Positions 40,000-49,796 of a DNA stretch of 64,000 bases are shown one piece after another. The notes beneath the pieces were generated by a model. The model ran no database searches. It saw only the letters and a list, made by a program, of their open reading frames with translations, and was not told the DNA's origin. Where the stretch lies: positions 1 through 64,000 of the IMG/VR virus record IMGVR_UViG_3300010163_000006, one strand, 5' to 3'. The first letter of the stretch is position 1. Each line of letters begins with the position of its first letter. The translations under genes were made by a program, and so were the position numbers. The stretch comes from a virus. Its lineage: Duplodnaviria > Caudoviricetes.

Positions 40000-40542
40000 T
40001 TATTCTTCATCTACAGCTGTTTGTGTTTCCAGATAGATTGCTCCAAAAAAATTCCATATAGCCGCAATATGATGAGGTTCATCCGTTTCTCCTGAAATCC
40101 ATTGACATAAGTGTCTCAATCCGGAATCGCGGAAACTCTGTGCGGGAATTCCCTTCTTCCAATTATCGGCACCATATTTATCGGCTCCTTTTTCGTAATG
40201 CACAGCAAGTTCACGAAGCATCTTGGTAAAGCCGATCAAAAAATCGGATTGATGTATGATGATCTCGGTTTTATCCATTATGCTGTCTTTTGTGTATTTC
40301 TCATTAACGATAGATATTATGGATGTAATATAATCTCCTTTGTATGCAGAAGCTAATGCCACACTCTTGTAGTCATTGACATGTAAATCGTTCGTCCATA
40401 CATACTTAAAGATCTCAGCAATAACCTCATATGGTATGAGATCGAAACGACCCTTTCCAGTTTTCGTGTAGCGTATGCCACCACCTTCGAACTGATGGAA
40501 TTCCCCATCCATCTTAATTTCATAATCTTTTGTATCTTCCAT
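40000..40542 (-). CDS. DUF5664 / dATP-dGTP diphosphohydrolase-like domain protein
   Basis: GKGRFDLIP...GADKYGADNWKKGIP...SGLRHL...HIAAIWN. Confidence 0.75.
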   Translation of the reverse strand: MEDTKDYEIKMDGEFHQFEGGGIRYTKTGKGRFDLIPYEVIAEIFKYVWTNDLHVNDYKSVALASAYKGDYITSIISIVNEKYTKDSIMDKTEIIIHQSDFLIGFTKMLRELAVHYEKGADKYGADNWKKGIPAQSFRDSGLRHLCQWISGETDEPHHIAAIWNFFGAIYLETQTAVDEE

Positions 40543-40613
40543 ATTAATTAATCCTTTCAATATAAAAAAAAATAACGGGGATATTATTCATATCCCCGTA
40601 TATGTGTTAATTG

Positions 40614-41630
40614 TTACTTCTCTTCATCCTTCTTACTTGTCGTTGGAACAGACTCCTGATTGGGCTTAATGCTTTCTGCTGAATTACCAGTACCGCGTTC
40701 CTTCAAACCAAAGTCAATCGGTTTTCCTTCAAAACAACAAGAATGAGCAGAGGCGTATCCAAGAAATCCAAGCATTTTATCAGATGTAAACATCTTGGAT
40801 ATCGCGGAGATGATATCAGCAGGATGTTTGAGATCACTCAAACAAACGGTTATCGCTGTCGATTCTCCGTTATTGTTTGACACAACAACATTCGAATTGA
40901 TATAATCATCGTTTCCGTTCATTGCATAATGGAAGATCGAAGCCATCATATTGACATCATCGGTGTCGCCCGTAAAGTTGATTTCGAGTATAGGACCATT
41001 ATAAGGTTTCCCAGAATTGTCTTCGCTCTGTTCCTTATTCTCTTCAGACTCATCTACTTCGTACAGTCTTCCCGTCTTTGGATCTTTCTTCAGCATCTTA
41101 CCTTGTGGAGCATGATGAGTGAGTACAGCGCCTTCGGGCAGTTCATAGATTTCCCTATATTTCTGGGTATTGTTAGCTGGACCCGCTGTGGCCCCGCCGG
41201 TTTCAGTAGAACTGAGAGGTTTTACACTTACGCCGAAAGGGTTTTTTGATGGTGAAGCCGCTGAAAAGGGCCCTTCCCAATCGTTGATGTAGTCAAATAC
41301 CCCCGCATCAAACAACTTTACCAATGTGTCAATGTACAGCTTAACAAAATCTTTCGTGCTCTTGTAAGTGCATTCCGTCAGGGCCACGTATTCCTTAGCA
41401 GTACAATTCTCCAGAATAGCCTTCATACGCAAACCTGGATGCAGACAAAGCGGTAGGGATCCCGCAGGTACTCCGATATCACCACTCAGATTAGTACGTA
41501 TTGCTATAGGATGTATTCTTTCATCTCTTAAGAACCCGGATCTTTTTCCGGACTCAATCAGTGATGCATTTTCATCCATGAGCTCTTTGAACTGTGCAAA
41601 GATGTTATCCTTCATTTTTGTTTCCTCCAT
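40614..41630 (-). CDS. Hypothetical early protein
   Basis: 338-aa ORF with its own promoter motif and 5' hairpin upstream. Confidence 0.65.
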   Translation of the reverse strand: MEETKMKDNIFAQFKELMDENASLIESGKRSGFLRDERIHPIAIRTNLSGDIGVPAGSLPLCLHPGLRMKAILENCTAKEYVALTECTYKSTKDFVKLYIDTLVKLFDAGVFDYINDWEGPFSAASPSKNPFGVSVKPLSSTETGGATAGPANNTQKYREIYELPEGAVLTHHAPQGKMLKKDPKTGRLYEVDESEENKEQSEDNSGKPYNGPILEINFTGDTDDVNMMASIFHYAMNGNDDYINSNVVVSNNNGESTAITVCLSDLKHPADIISAISKMFTSDKMLGFLGYASAHSCCFEGKPIDFGLKERGTGNSAESIKPNQESVPTTSKKDEEK

Positions 41631-41746
41631 TTAAAGTCCGAAGACTGTAATATTTGAATAAAGATATTTGCTCTCTTTATTCAAATAAATAATATGTATA
41701 CCGATAATAAAAATAATAGGACCGGGATTATCCCGGTCCTTTATAA

Positions 41747-42259
41747 TTATTTATTGTCTGTAGAACCGTCATCAACAACTTCGACTTCTAACTCTTCTGA
41801 AGCTTCGTTGATAGTGTCTTCTGCCTGAGCAGCTTCACAGGTGGATTCGGATAACTCTTCCTCAATAAGCTGTTCATAAAGAGCCCGGGTGTTGATTGTC
41901 GAAATCTCCGTAAACCAGTCAACGATCTGTTTCTTAGTACCAACATCGAATGTCTTGTTATAGACCTCGTTATAGTCTTCATCACGTGCTCCTACGGTAC
42001 AGCGGGCAACCAAATGATCATCCTGTATTGTCTTTACCAGTATAACAACCTTAGTATCGTTGAAGTCGGGCTGAACCGTACAGTCAATTGTGTTGGTTGT
42101 GACACGATAGATCTTTGTTTCCGGATTTACATTCACAGATATGTCCGGACCGAATGTACGGGGAGCAAGAGCCAATACATAGTCTGTCAGAGCATATACG
42201 ATTTTAACACCTTCGATTGATTCCTCCATCAATTTAGCGGTAATTTCATTCATTGTCAT
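41747..42259 (-). CDS. Hypothetical acidic protein
   Basis: Last gene of the kinase operon; terminator hairpin at about 41718-41740. Confidence 0.65.
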   Translation of the reverse strand: MTMNEITAKLMEESIEGVKIVYALTDYVLALAPRTFGPDISVNVNPETKIYRVTTNTIDCTVQPDFNDTKVVILVKTIQDDHLVARCTVGARDEDYNEVYNKTFDVGTKKQIVDWFTEISTINTRALYEQLIEEELSESTCEAAQAEDTINEASEELEVEVVDDGSTDNK

Positions 42260-42929
42260 CTATCTCCTTTTCGACATAATCCTCGGCAGGGATATCTGCA
42301 TCAACATCATTATCGTATTCATCTGCATCATCGTCATCATGACAATATTCCTCATCTTCACGATAATATCTTTCATCGTCACATTCCATTTCCTGGTCAT
42401 CAGCAAGTGATTCATCGTACTCATCCGCGAATTGTTCAATCATTTCGCGATCTTCATCCGACATTGCATTGTCCGCGAGAATGATGAATTTAGAAATAGA
42501 ATATTCATCCATATCTATACAGAATATGAAGAACCAGAACATCGGATTGAGACAATCCGGATAATCATACTCGGTGACCTTGACCGCCATCTCGTATACT
42601 TCTCTGGGAATGTTCCATACAAATGATTTCTGGAGCACTTCTGCCAGAGGTATCTCCTTGAAATACTTGTCTCTGAACTCTAATAACCATGTCAAGACAT
42701 CAGCAATCTCATTATCTTTTAAAGATGTTGCATCATATCCCTGTGGAGGTTCATTATTTTTATTCGAAATGTCATTGATCATTTCCATGATCTTTTTAAC
42801 GTTGTCACTAAGTTCAACGTATTTGTCATCGGTCTTTGTTTCAACCGATTGAATGTTAGGTTCAGGAACTACCACCGGTTGTTGTATAACCGGTGGATCT
42901 GAAACCTTTAACATATCCCAATATTTCAT
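42246..42929 (-). CDS. Hypothetical protein with highly acidic C-terminal tail
   Basis: AAAGGAGG RBS; D/E-rich last ~70 aa. Confidence 0.65.
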   Translation of the reverse strand: MKYWDMLKVSDPPVIQQPVVVPEPNIQSVETKTDDKYVELSDNVKKIMEMINDISNKNNEPPQGYDATSLKDNEIADVLTWLLEFRDKYFKEIPLAEVLQKSFVWNIPREVYEMAVKVTEYDYPDCLNPMFWFFIFCIDMDEYSISKFIILADNAMSDEDREMIEQFADEYDESLADDQEMECDDERYYREDEEYCHDDDDADEYDNDVDADIPAEDYVEKEIDDNE

Positions 42930-42943
42930 TGTCGTATCCTCCT

Positions 42944-43801
42944 TTAATACCAATTCGACGTTTGATAACCTCCTAAATGATCCGATACATTCATTGCCGC
43001 ATCATATAAGTCAGGTGCATCAGGATTGGTATCATACTTAATATACTTGGGATCAACAGGATGTTCTTCGAACTCATCCTTCATGATTATGCCAGTAGCA
43101 TTATTGAATAATCTCATTCTTTCATTGTTAGATATTCTGGCTCTTAATTCTCTATCCTCGTATTCCTTTTTACATTTAGAACACCGATATCTCGAGAAAT
43201 CTCCCCCTACAAACTCCATTGCTTGGTTGCCACATATACATTTGAAGATGTCTATAGACACCGGGAACACATATGCGTAATCAATACATACAGGTCGACC
43301 TCCGGGAGCCAAACCCCAGTTTGCAAAGTTCTTACCAGTAATGCCAACATCTCCCAACAGAAATCTTTTACCCCAATCAGAGAGTATATTACTAATAGCC
43401 GATCTATGATTGTACATCTCTTGGGCGGATGTAAAAGCAGGACAGTAGGAGGCCACCAATAAGTGACCTCCTTTGCTTATTTCATGCGCATATGCAACAT
43501 TCGGCATCAGCGATTCACATACTGCATATTCCTGCATATTATCCGCTATGCCCTCTCGATCTAACGCGATTTTGAGGGCATAGCCGTCGTACTTTACAAT
43601 GAATCGGTTAGTACCTGTACCTATATCAAGCCATTCGATTTTATAATCATCAAGTAATTTGATGACCCTCTCTTTTCGAGAAGTTGCTCTCATGCCTTTC
43701 TGAAGAGGTATCTCTCCAACTTCATCTTTGAAATCCGGGGGGAGACTATTTAAACGAGACCTGAACGTTCGAATGTACTCCGACGTTACTGTTTCCGCCA
43801 T
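42944..43801 (-). CDS. Protein-kinase-like (Ser/Thr kinase fold) enzyme with C-terminal zinc ribbon
   Basis: Gly loop IGTGTNR, ALK lysine, helix-C NMQE, catalytic GDVG...NFANWG, IDYA (DFG equivalent), CICG...CSKC. Confidence 0.75.
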   Translation of the reverse strand: MAETVTSEYIRTFRSRLNSLPPDFKDEVGEIPLQKGMRATSRKERVIKLLDDYKIEWLDIGTGTNRFIVKYDGYALKIALDREGIADNMQEYAVCESLMPNVAYAHEISKGGHLLVASYCPAFTSAQEMYNHRSAISNILSDWGKRFLLGDVGITGKNFANWGLAPGGRPVCIDYAYVFPVSIDIFKCICGNQAMEFVGGDFSRYRCSKCKKEYEDRELRARISNNERMRLFNNATGIIMKDEFEEHPVDPKYIKYDTNPDAPDLYDAAMNVSDHLGGYQTSNWY

Positions 43802-43827
43802 TTAAATTCACACCCTTTACTGTTATA

Positions 43828-44532
43828 TCAGCGCTGATAAGACCAGTTTTCCATTGCCTTGTCCTTCCAGTTCATGGGAGCTGTCGGGAAAGGCTGAATC
43901 TGATACTGATTCATACAGAACTGGTTTGGACCGTAACAGTTCTGCTGCTGTTGCTGCTGTTCTCTCCAGTTGATAGTCGGCATCGGATAAGGTCTGTTCT
44001 GAGTATAGTAGTTGTCCCAGCTGTTACGTTTGTCGAATCCGAATGAATTATTATTGTACAACGCCAGGGTATTTGTATCAGGACCATAATAATAGTTTCC
44101 ATATGGATTCTGATCAAAGTACATCGGCGGCTGCTGAGGAGCAGGTGTTGTGGGATTGAAACCATTCATCGCCGGTGCCTGGGGTTTTGCCCAAGGGTTG
44201 TTCTGATTGGGCATCTGATTCGGAATGTTTCTTCTACTCTCAATTGCCGCATTAAGACCTCCGGGCTGTGCCATCGGTGAAGGCGGATAAGAAGAGAATG
44301 GTTGTACAGCCTGCTCAGGAACGGTAGATTGTGTCTGACCAAACTGAGCGAAGGGATTCGGAGCAGCCGGGTTTACAGGATTCATCATATTTCTTCTGGA
44401 GCCATCATTATAGCATCCTGAAGGATTGCCGGAGAATCCACCCCAGAAATACATGTCATTCCTTGGTGTGTTCTGATAGGTGTGCTGGAGGAAACCAGCA
44501 CCCTGATCTGTTGGGTAATCGGGATTATACAT
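43828..44532 (-). CDS. Prion-like N/Q/P/Y-rich disordered protein with SRRN motifs
   Basis: AAGGAGG RBS; polar low-complexity composition; GSRRNM and ESRRNIPNQ. Confidence 0.7.
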   Translation of the reverse strand: MYNPDYPTDQGAGFLQHTYQNTPRNDMYFWGGFSGNPSGCYNDGSRRNMMNPVNPAAPNPFAQFGQTQSTVPEQAVQPFSSYPPSPMAQPGGLNAAIESRRNIPNQMPNQNNPWAKPQAPAMNGFNPTTPAPQQPPMYFDQNPYGNYYYGPDTNTLALYNNNSFGFDKRNSWDNYYTQNRPYPMPTINWREQQQQQQNCYGPNQFCMNQYQIQPFPTAPMNWKDKAMENWSYQR

Positions 44533-44553
44533 TTTAAATTCCTCCTTAAGATT

Positions 44554-45186
44554 TTAATGATACATCGATGATATCAGCTGTGAAATTACAGTGAGATCCT
44601 CGAATACCGACTCGGGTGTTGTGGACCTGGAAAGATCCCATTTTGTTCTCAGACACATAAAGTCATCATTAATACGCTGAATGTGACCGATGCTACAGAG
44701 AACATTGTTCGTGGGTACGAGATTTGTCATATAACGCGGTGGGATATATAATCCAGCGAAGCATGTTTCAACTTCTGTTACATGACATTTTCCAGAAACG
44801 TTAATGTCGAATATACCGTCCCTAACAATTCCGAAGTACTGCTCCATTGTTGCAAGAACATCGAAGAGGTTGTTAAGAGCGATAGTCACTTGTGACCGAG
44901 GAACGGGGAGAGTTATAACCCAAAAACCATCAGGCTTATCCATCTTTGTCTCTCTGATGAGACAACCCTTTCCTCTGAGAAATCCGAGGTTCGCATCGAT
45001 ATAACGAATACGATCCGAGGGATTTGTGCTGTAAGCCTGTGTGTCTGTACACAATACCTTGAAACCGATAAACGGCTCTTTCTGGATTGCATACGGAACA
45101 TAGGTCTGCATCACAATAGACGAGTAATCGACCGGTTCCTCCGGGCTGAGAACTCTGGATTGATACTGGGAAACCAGCATGTTCAT
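44554..45186 (-). CDS. Hypothetical protein, possibly a degenerate COOH-NH2 (amido)ligase fold
   Basis: First gene after the early promoter at 45246-45260; motif order IGFKV / DGFWVITLP / GIFDINVS / MCLR. Confidence 0.55.
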   Translation of the reverse strand: MNMLVSQYQSRVLSPEEPVDYSSIVMQTYVPYAIQKEPFIGFKVLCTDTQAYSTNPSDRIRYIDANLGFLRGKGCLIRETKMDKPDGFWVITLPVPRSQVTIALNNLFDVLATMEQYFGIVRDGIFDINVSGKCHVTEVETCFAGLYIPPRYMTNLVPTNNVLCSIGHIQRINDDFMCLRTKWDLSRSTTPESVFEDLTVISQLISSMYH

Positions 45187-45291
45187 GTGTAAATCCTCCT
45201 TTATGATAATATGGAGAAGATACTCTGTTGTATCTTCTCCATCGAAATTATATATGTCTTCAAAATAATTTATATTGAAGCCACATGTAGT

Positions 45292-45545
45292 CTATACTGC
45301 GGCAGTATAATTTATTCTCTGCTGTCCAAAGAAGATTGGTATTGATATACTTACATTTTCCATGATGTCGTCCTTCAATGCAAATGACTGTGGTGATAAG
45401 AATGGATGTCTAATAGCTGTTATTGAACTATCTGTGCTTTGATCAAGGTCTCTCTGTTTTGCTGCTTTAATCATTAATGATTTTACTTCACCATTATTCT
45501 CAATATTTATCAAAGCAATAAAATCGGCAACTTCCTGAATTTCCC
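45292..45545 (-). CDS. DnaB-like replicative helicase, exon 2
   Basis: Splicing T|GG gives GSAWEIQEVADFIALI (DnaB motif H4), followed by KQR. Confidence 0.85.
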
Positions 45546-46695
45546 CATTGTCTTCACATGGGTCGTTACTCCATGCAGTTCTCTTATGAACTTCTCTGTC
45601 ATTACAACAGAAGATGAGACTATATCACGATCTCATTATGAGACCCCTTTCATTTCGCTTTAATCGGGAATTACTGGATTATTACTCCACACCCGAACCA
45701 CTTGGCGCTACTCTACTCCTTTCGGACTTATGTCCTTATTCCAATCAATATGATTGAGTTAGTTTCGATAGTCGTTGAACCTTATAATTTTAATCCATGT
45801 TTCTTGAATATCTTATGAGATACTCCTGTTCTGGCATTACCATCTCGAATGTTTCGGATTATATTCTTATCAATAACAATGCCTTCTGATACAAGATCGT
45901 CATATACACCATCTATATCACAATCGTCCAATATGAGATACTCACATATCAAACTTACGTGCTCATCAGAAATTCTATCTATTTCTGATATAGATTCGCG
46001 TGTAAAATATTCGTCAGAAATCCAGCTCCAAATTTTCTTGTATTTTATGTCATGGATCCTACCAATATTTGTTTTAACACCAAATATTGGTATTGTGTGA
46101 AAAGTCTTAATACAATTACCGCAATAATATACTAACAACATGCATATTGTCCTAACACTCTCTTCATCAAGATTTGTATTTCCATTTCTCGATCCTCTCA
46201 TTATGGGTATTAGTCCATTAGCAAAACCGCGTCTAACATTTTCTGTTCTGGTAACCCATTCAAGATTAGATGGTTTGTTATTATTTTTATTCCCATCGAT
46301 GTGATCAACTTCGTTTTTCACATTCGTTCTTCCATTCACAAAATGAACAGCAACGACACGATGAGTTTTGATAGATCGGCTTTTGCCGTCCGAACATCTA
46401 AAGAGAGTCATGAGATAACCTTTCTCCGAAGGACATTGGGTCATAATATGACCTGTCAATTTATTTCGGATTCTCCCCATGTTAGACACTTGATACATGT
46501 CGGGTTTTATATTACGATATTCGACATCTTTCCATATTTCCTCCATAATAATCACCACCTTTGTGTTTATTATATCGGATTAAAATTATCTTGGCTGCTG
46601 ATCTCCTGCTACGTCATCCCGACGTTACTTTACGGAGTCCCAGACAATTAAAAAGGTTTGCTTAGTAACTCACGCTACTAAGGCGCCGGTAATTA
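45546..46695 (-). mobile_element. Group I intron (1150 nt) in the DnaB-like helicase, with HNH ORF
   Basis: Exon ends in U, intron ends in G; P1 GCGU/GCGC; P TTGTCTGGGA, Q ATCAGCAGCCAAG, R GTTCAACGACTA, S GATATAGTCT. Confidence 0.9.
45782..46546 (-). CDS. Intron-encoded NUMOD4-HNH homing endonuclease
   Basis: EIWKDV, YQVSNMGRI, THRVVA, VDHIDGNKNNNKPSNLEWVT; lies between the Q and R elements. Confidence 0.9.
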   Translation of the reverse strand: MEEIWKDVEYRNIKPDMYQVSNMGRIRNKLTGHIMTQCPSEKGYLMTLFRCSDGKSRSIKTHRVVAVHFVNGRTNVKNEVDHIDGNKNNNKPSNLEWVTRTENVRRGFANGLIPIMRGSRNGNTNLDEESVRTICMLLVYYCGNCIKTFHTIPIFGVKTNIGRIHDIKYKKIWSWISDEYFTRESISEIDRISDEHVSLICEYLILDDCDIDGVYDDLVSEGIVIDKNIIRNIRDGNARTGVSHKIFKKHGLKL

Positions 46696-47938
46696 ACGCA
46701 CTACCAATTTGGCCCCGAGACAATGCTTGATCGGTTTTGTTAAACCCACCATTTTTGACGATATCATCTACCTGTTTTGCAGCTTCTCTATTGAGCTGAT
46801 GACCTGTTATGATCGGAATATTAAACTCTGCCGCAACATTCTTCAATTCATTCATGATTGCATGAAGCTCTGTTTTCTCAGACGCGGTTGCAGCAGCATC
46901 TGTACGACCTGGTCTGATACGTTTAATATAGTCCAAGAACACCGCAACGACTTGATTCTCATCATTATTATATGATCGGATTATCGCTTCAAGATCCTTT
47001 GTGGACTTTTCACGATATCCGTAATAAAGAATAACAGAACGCATTCCTTTGGAGGCAAGTTCATTATTCATCATCTCACAGATTTCATCAACAGAAAACA
47101 TTGACATATCTGCAGTGGGGAATAGTATACTCCATAGACGACGTATTGTTTGAACCATTGTATTCTCCATTGAGATATACATGGAAATCGGCGTCTTTCC
47201 ATTTGTGGTATTTTTAATGTGTTCATTATATTTAAGGGTGTCAACATGTCCCTTGAGTAAGATACCAGATTTATAGTTACCCGGAAGACCTGCATAGACA
47301 TATAAACATCCAGACAGATATCCGGGAGAAAGAAGGTTGTTAAGTGCTCGGATTCCTGTTATAATACATTTATCAGGAGCTCGAGCATCTTTTGCATCAG
47401 CCACGACAATTTTCATTCCTTCTGGGTCAGAAGAATCGAACGAATGGGATACTGTAGTTATATTGGCTGACTCATATGCTTTTACTATTTCTTTAGAAAC
47501 AGTATATATCCGTTCAAGATGATCATGAAGATCCTCGGGTTCATCATCTGAATTGATGATGTCTATTGTCTTTATGAATCCATCAGTAGCTTTTAGCACA
47601 CCTGCAAACTTTACATAGTCTGACAATACTTGACAGAGCTTTGTACACTCTGATTGAGTTGTTATTGTTGGATTATGCATCAAGAACGTAATATTCTCAA
47701 TGATTTCTTGTTCTTCTCCTTCATCACGCATAACTTCCAATATGAGATTGATATTGTTAATATTCTTCTCAATAAAACTTATGACCCTATGTGCAACGAG
47801 ACAATATACTGATTTAGATGGATATACTGACAGTACCCGTGAAAATAGTACAATCATTTGAGACGTTCTTAAATTGTTTTTTGGGTTACAAAGAATGGAA
47901 GCAATATCTTTATAAATTGCATTTCGCAAAGTCTTCAT
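46696..47938 (-). CDS. DnaB-like replicative helicase, exon 1 (spliced product about 498 aa)
   Basis: Walker A variant AGLPGNYKS, YISMEN, VFLDYI, ITGHQLNR. Confidence 0.88.
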
Positions 47939-48038
47939 GAAACCGTCGTCCTTTCAATGATTTCTAAGTAGTATTATGCTGTTGTCGGACGATTTTGATT
48001 TAAAGCCGGGGATTATCCCCGGCTTAATTATCAATATA

Positions 48039-49796
48039 TTATTGCCTCGTATAATGACCTTCATCATTTACAGCAGGAAGGATGTGTGCATCGAATACGA
48101 GAGCACGGCTCGTGAGAAGGTATTTAACAATTGACAACGATGCCGCAACTACCTCGAGATCATATTGTGCCGATGTAGGTAACTTCTGGCCAGGAAGGGA
48201 TGCATTACAAATGATATCGAATGACGTAAATTTACCATTTGAATAGTGGTCAGATCTTTGTTTGTCACGCGAATAGTTGCATTTATCACCGTATTTGGAT
48301 TGCCAAATATCATCGAACAATCCTTCGATTGAAAGTTCGATTGCGTTGATAACTGCATCAAGATCACCATGTGTCTCGTTGGCAAATGATCGCATCTGTC
48401 TCATTCTCGTATATGCATATTTGAGGAGATTCGGAACGATACCACTGGTAATCGCAGAATTAACGATTGAAATACAGTCATCGATCTTGTCAGTGATGAG
48501 CTTTGCCTCAAGTGTTGATCCACACTTAACTGTCAACATAGTGTCCTTTGTTTCCATCTTAAGTGCTTTTATTCTGTCATTGTATTCTTTTTCCTTAAGA
48601 TACGAATGTGTTGTATCTGCATCGAGTTCCGCTTTAAGGGTATTGATATATTGATCAACATATTCATCTCCTACCTCATAAAATGCAAGACAGTTTCCTT
48701 TGAACACGCTGACAATAACCATCGGAAGTTCAGCATGGTCAACAACCCCAGCATGGATATCAAATGCCTTGGTGCCGAGAAGATGTGCAAGGTCCTGGAT
48801 TTCGTGCTGAACATATGTTCCTTGCACTTCTGCAAGATAGATGTTGTTGACGCCATCACTCTTACCACACTTCTTTGCCATCTGGAGTTGTTTCAGATGA
48901 AGCACCCATTCGTTGGATAAAAAGCCTCGAGTAAATGTCCTTGCAAGGATGATCGTAGGATAACCGTCATAATCCTGGGTGAAGTTTATCCAGTCAGTAC
49001 TTCCGAATGCATGGTCATATATAGCACAACGTATCTGTGCCGGATTAGCGAGTTTGTTTGCTTCTTCAACACCGATGTTGACTCTCACGCGGTAATCCCC
49101 AGGCATGTACTCGAATGAATATGTTGCATTTGAATCTGCATCAAGAGATACATCCTCATTAGTAATTACATTACGAACACTGAGAACTTCTCCTGTATTG
49201 GGATCTACCTCCGGTTGAAGTGCTTCAACGATAACCGATGTGAGTTCATAATCGTAATTCGATGAGAGTGAGATGATTTGCTGCAGAGCGTATCTCGTAA
49301 GCGGTTCGATGTCTTTCAGCTCTCTACCTTTAGCAAGGAGATCTTTGTCCTGCAGCTTCTTCTCGATAAACAAGAGAATGTCAAGGATGTTTCTCTTATC
49401 GTCAGGAGTCTTGATAATATCGTTGAGATTGTTGAAGATCTTGTCTGCCAACAGAATACATGATGTTGTACCATCACCGACATTACGATTTACTCTATCG
49501 ATGATCTTCTGGATTGCCAGATAAACCATCCGCTTATAAGCATGATTGAATCCCATAGATTGGAATACGTTATAACCATCCTTAGTCGTCGTTGTCTCAG
49601 ACTGTTCAGATATGATAACTGACGAACCATACGGACCGTATGTCGAACGTAACACATCCGAGATCGTTTTGAACGTGTCACTGACAAGCCGTTTAAACGC
49701 CTCTTCAGGAATTACGTTAATATTGTTTTCATGGGAGTATTGAGTGTAATCGAAGACTCTCGAATACCCAGCAAGCTCCATTTCTTCATTAGTCAT
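48039..49796 (-). CDS. Phage GroEL-like chaperonin
   Basis: TYGPYG, TTKDG, VGDGTTS, KIDD motifs. Confidence 0.9.
   Translation of the reverse strand: MTNEEMELAGYSRVFDYTQYSHENNINVIPEEAFKRLVSDTFKTISDVLRSTYGPYGSSVIISEQSETTTTKDGYNVFQSMGFNHAYKRMVYLAIQKIIDRVNRNVGDGTTSCILLADKIFNNLNDIIKTPDDKRNILDILLFIEKKLQDKDLLAKGRELKDIEPLTRYALQQIISLSSNYDYELTSVIVEALQPEVDPNTGEVLSVRNVITNEDVSLDADSNATYSFEYMPGDYRVRVNIGVEEANKLANPAQIRCAIYDHAFGSTDWINFTQDYDGYPTIILARTFTRGFLSNEWVLHLKQLQMAKKCGKSDGVNNIYLAEVQGTYVQHEIQDLAHLLGTKAFDIHAGVVDHAELPMVIVSVFKGNCLAFYEVGDEYVDQYINTLKAELDADTTHSYLKEKEYNDRIKALKMETKDTMLTVKCGSTLEAKLITDKIDDCISIVNSAITSGIVPNLLKYAYTRMRQMRSFANETHGDLDAVINAIELSIEGLFDDIWQSKYGDKCNYSRDKQRSDHYSNGKFTSFDIICNASLPGQKLPTSAQYDLEVVAASLSIVKYLLTSRALVFDAHILPAVNDEGHYTRQ

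Noticed and set aside
45292-45513. Independent 73-aa gene
   Set aside because: It is exon 2 of the intron-split helicase
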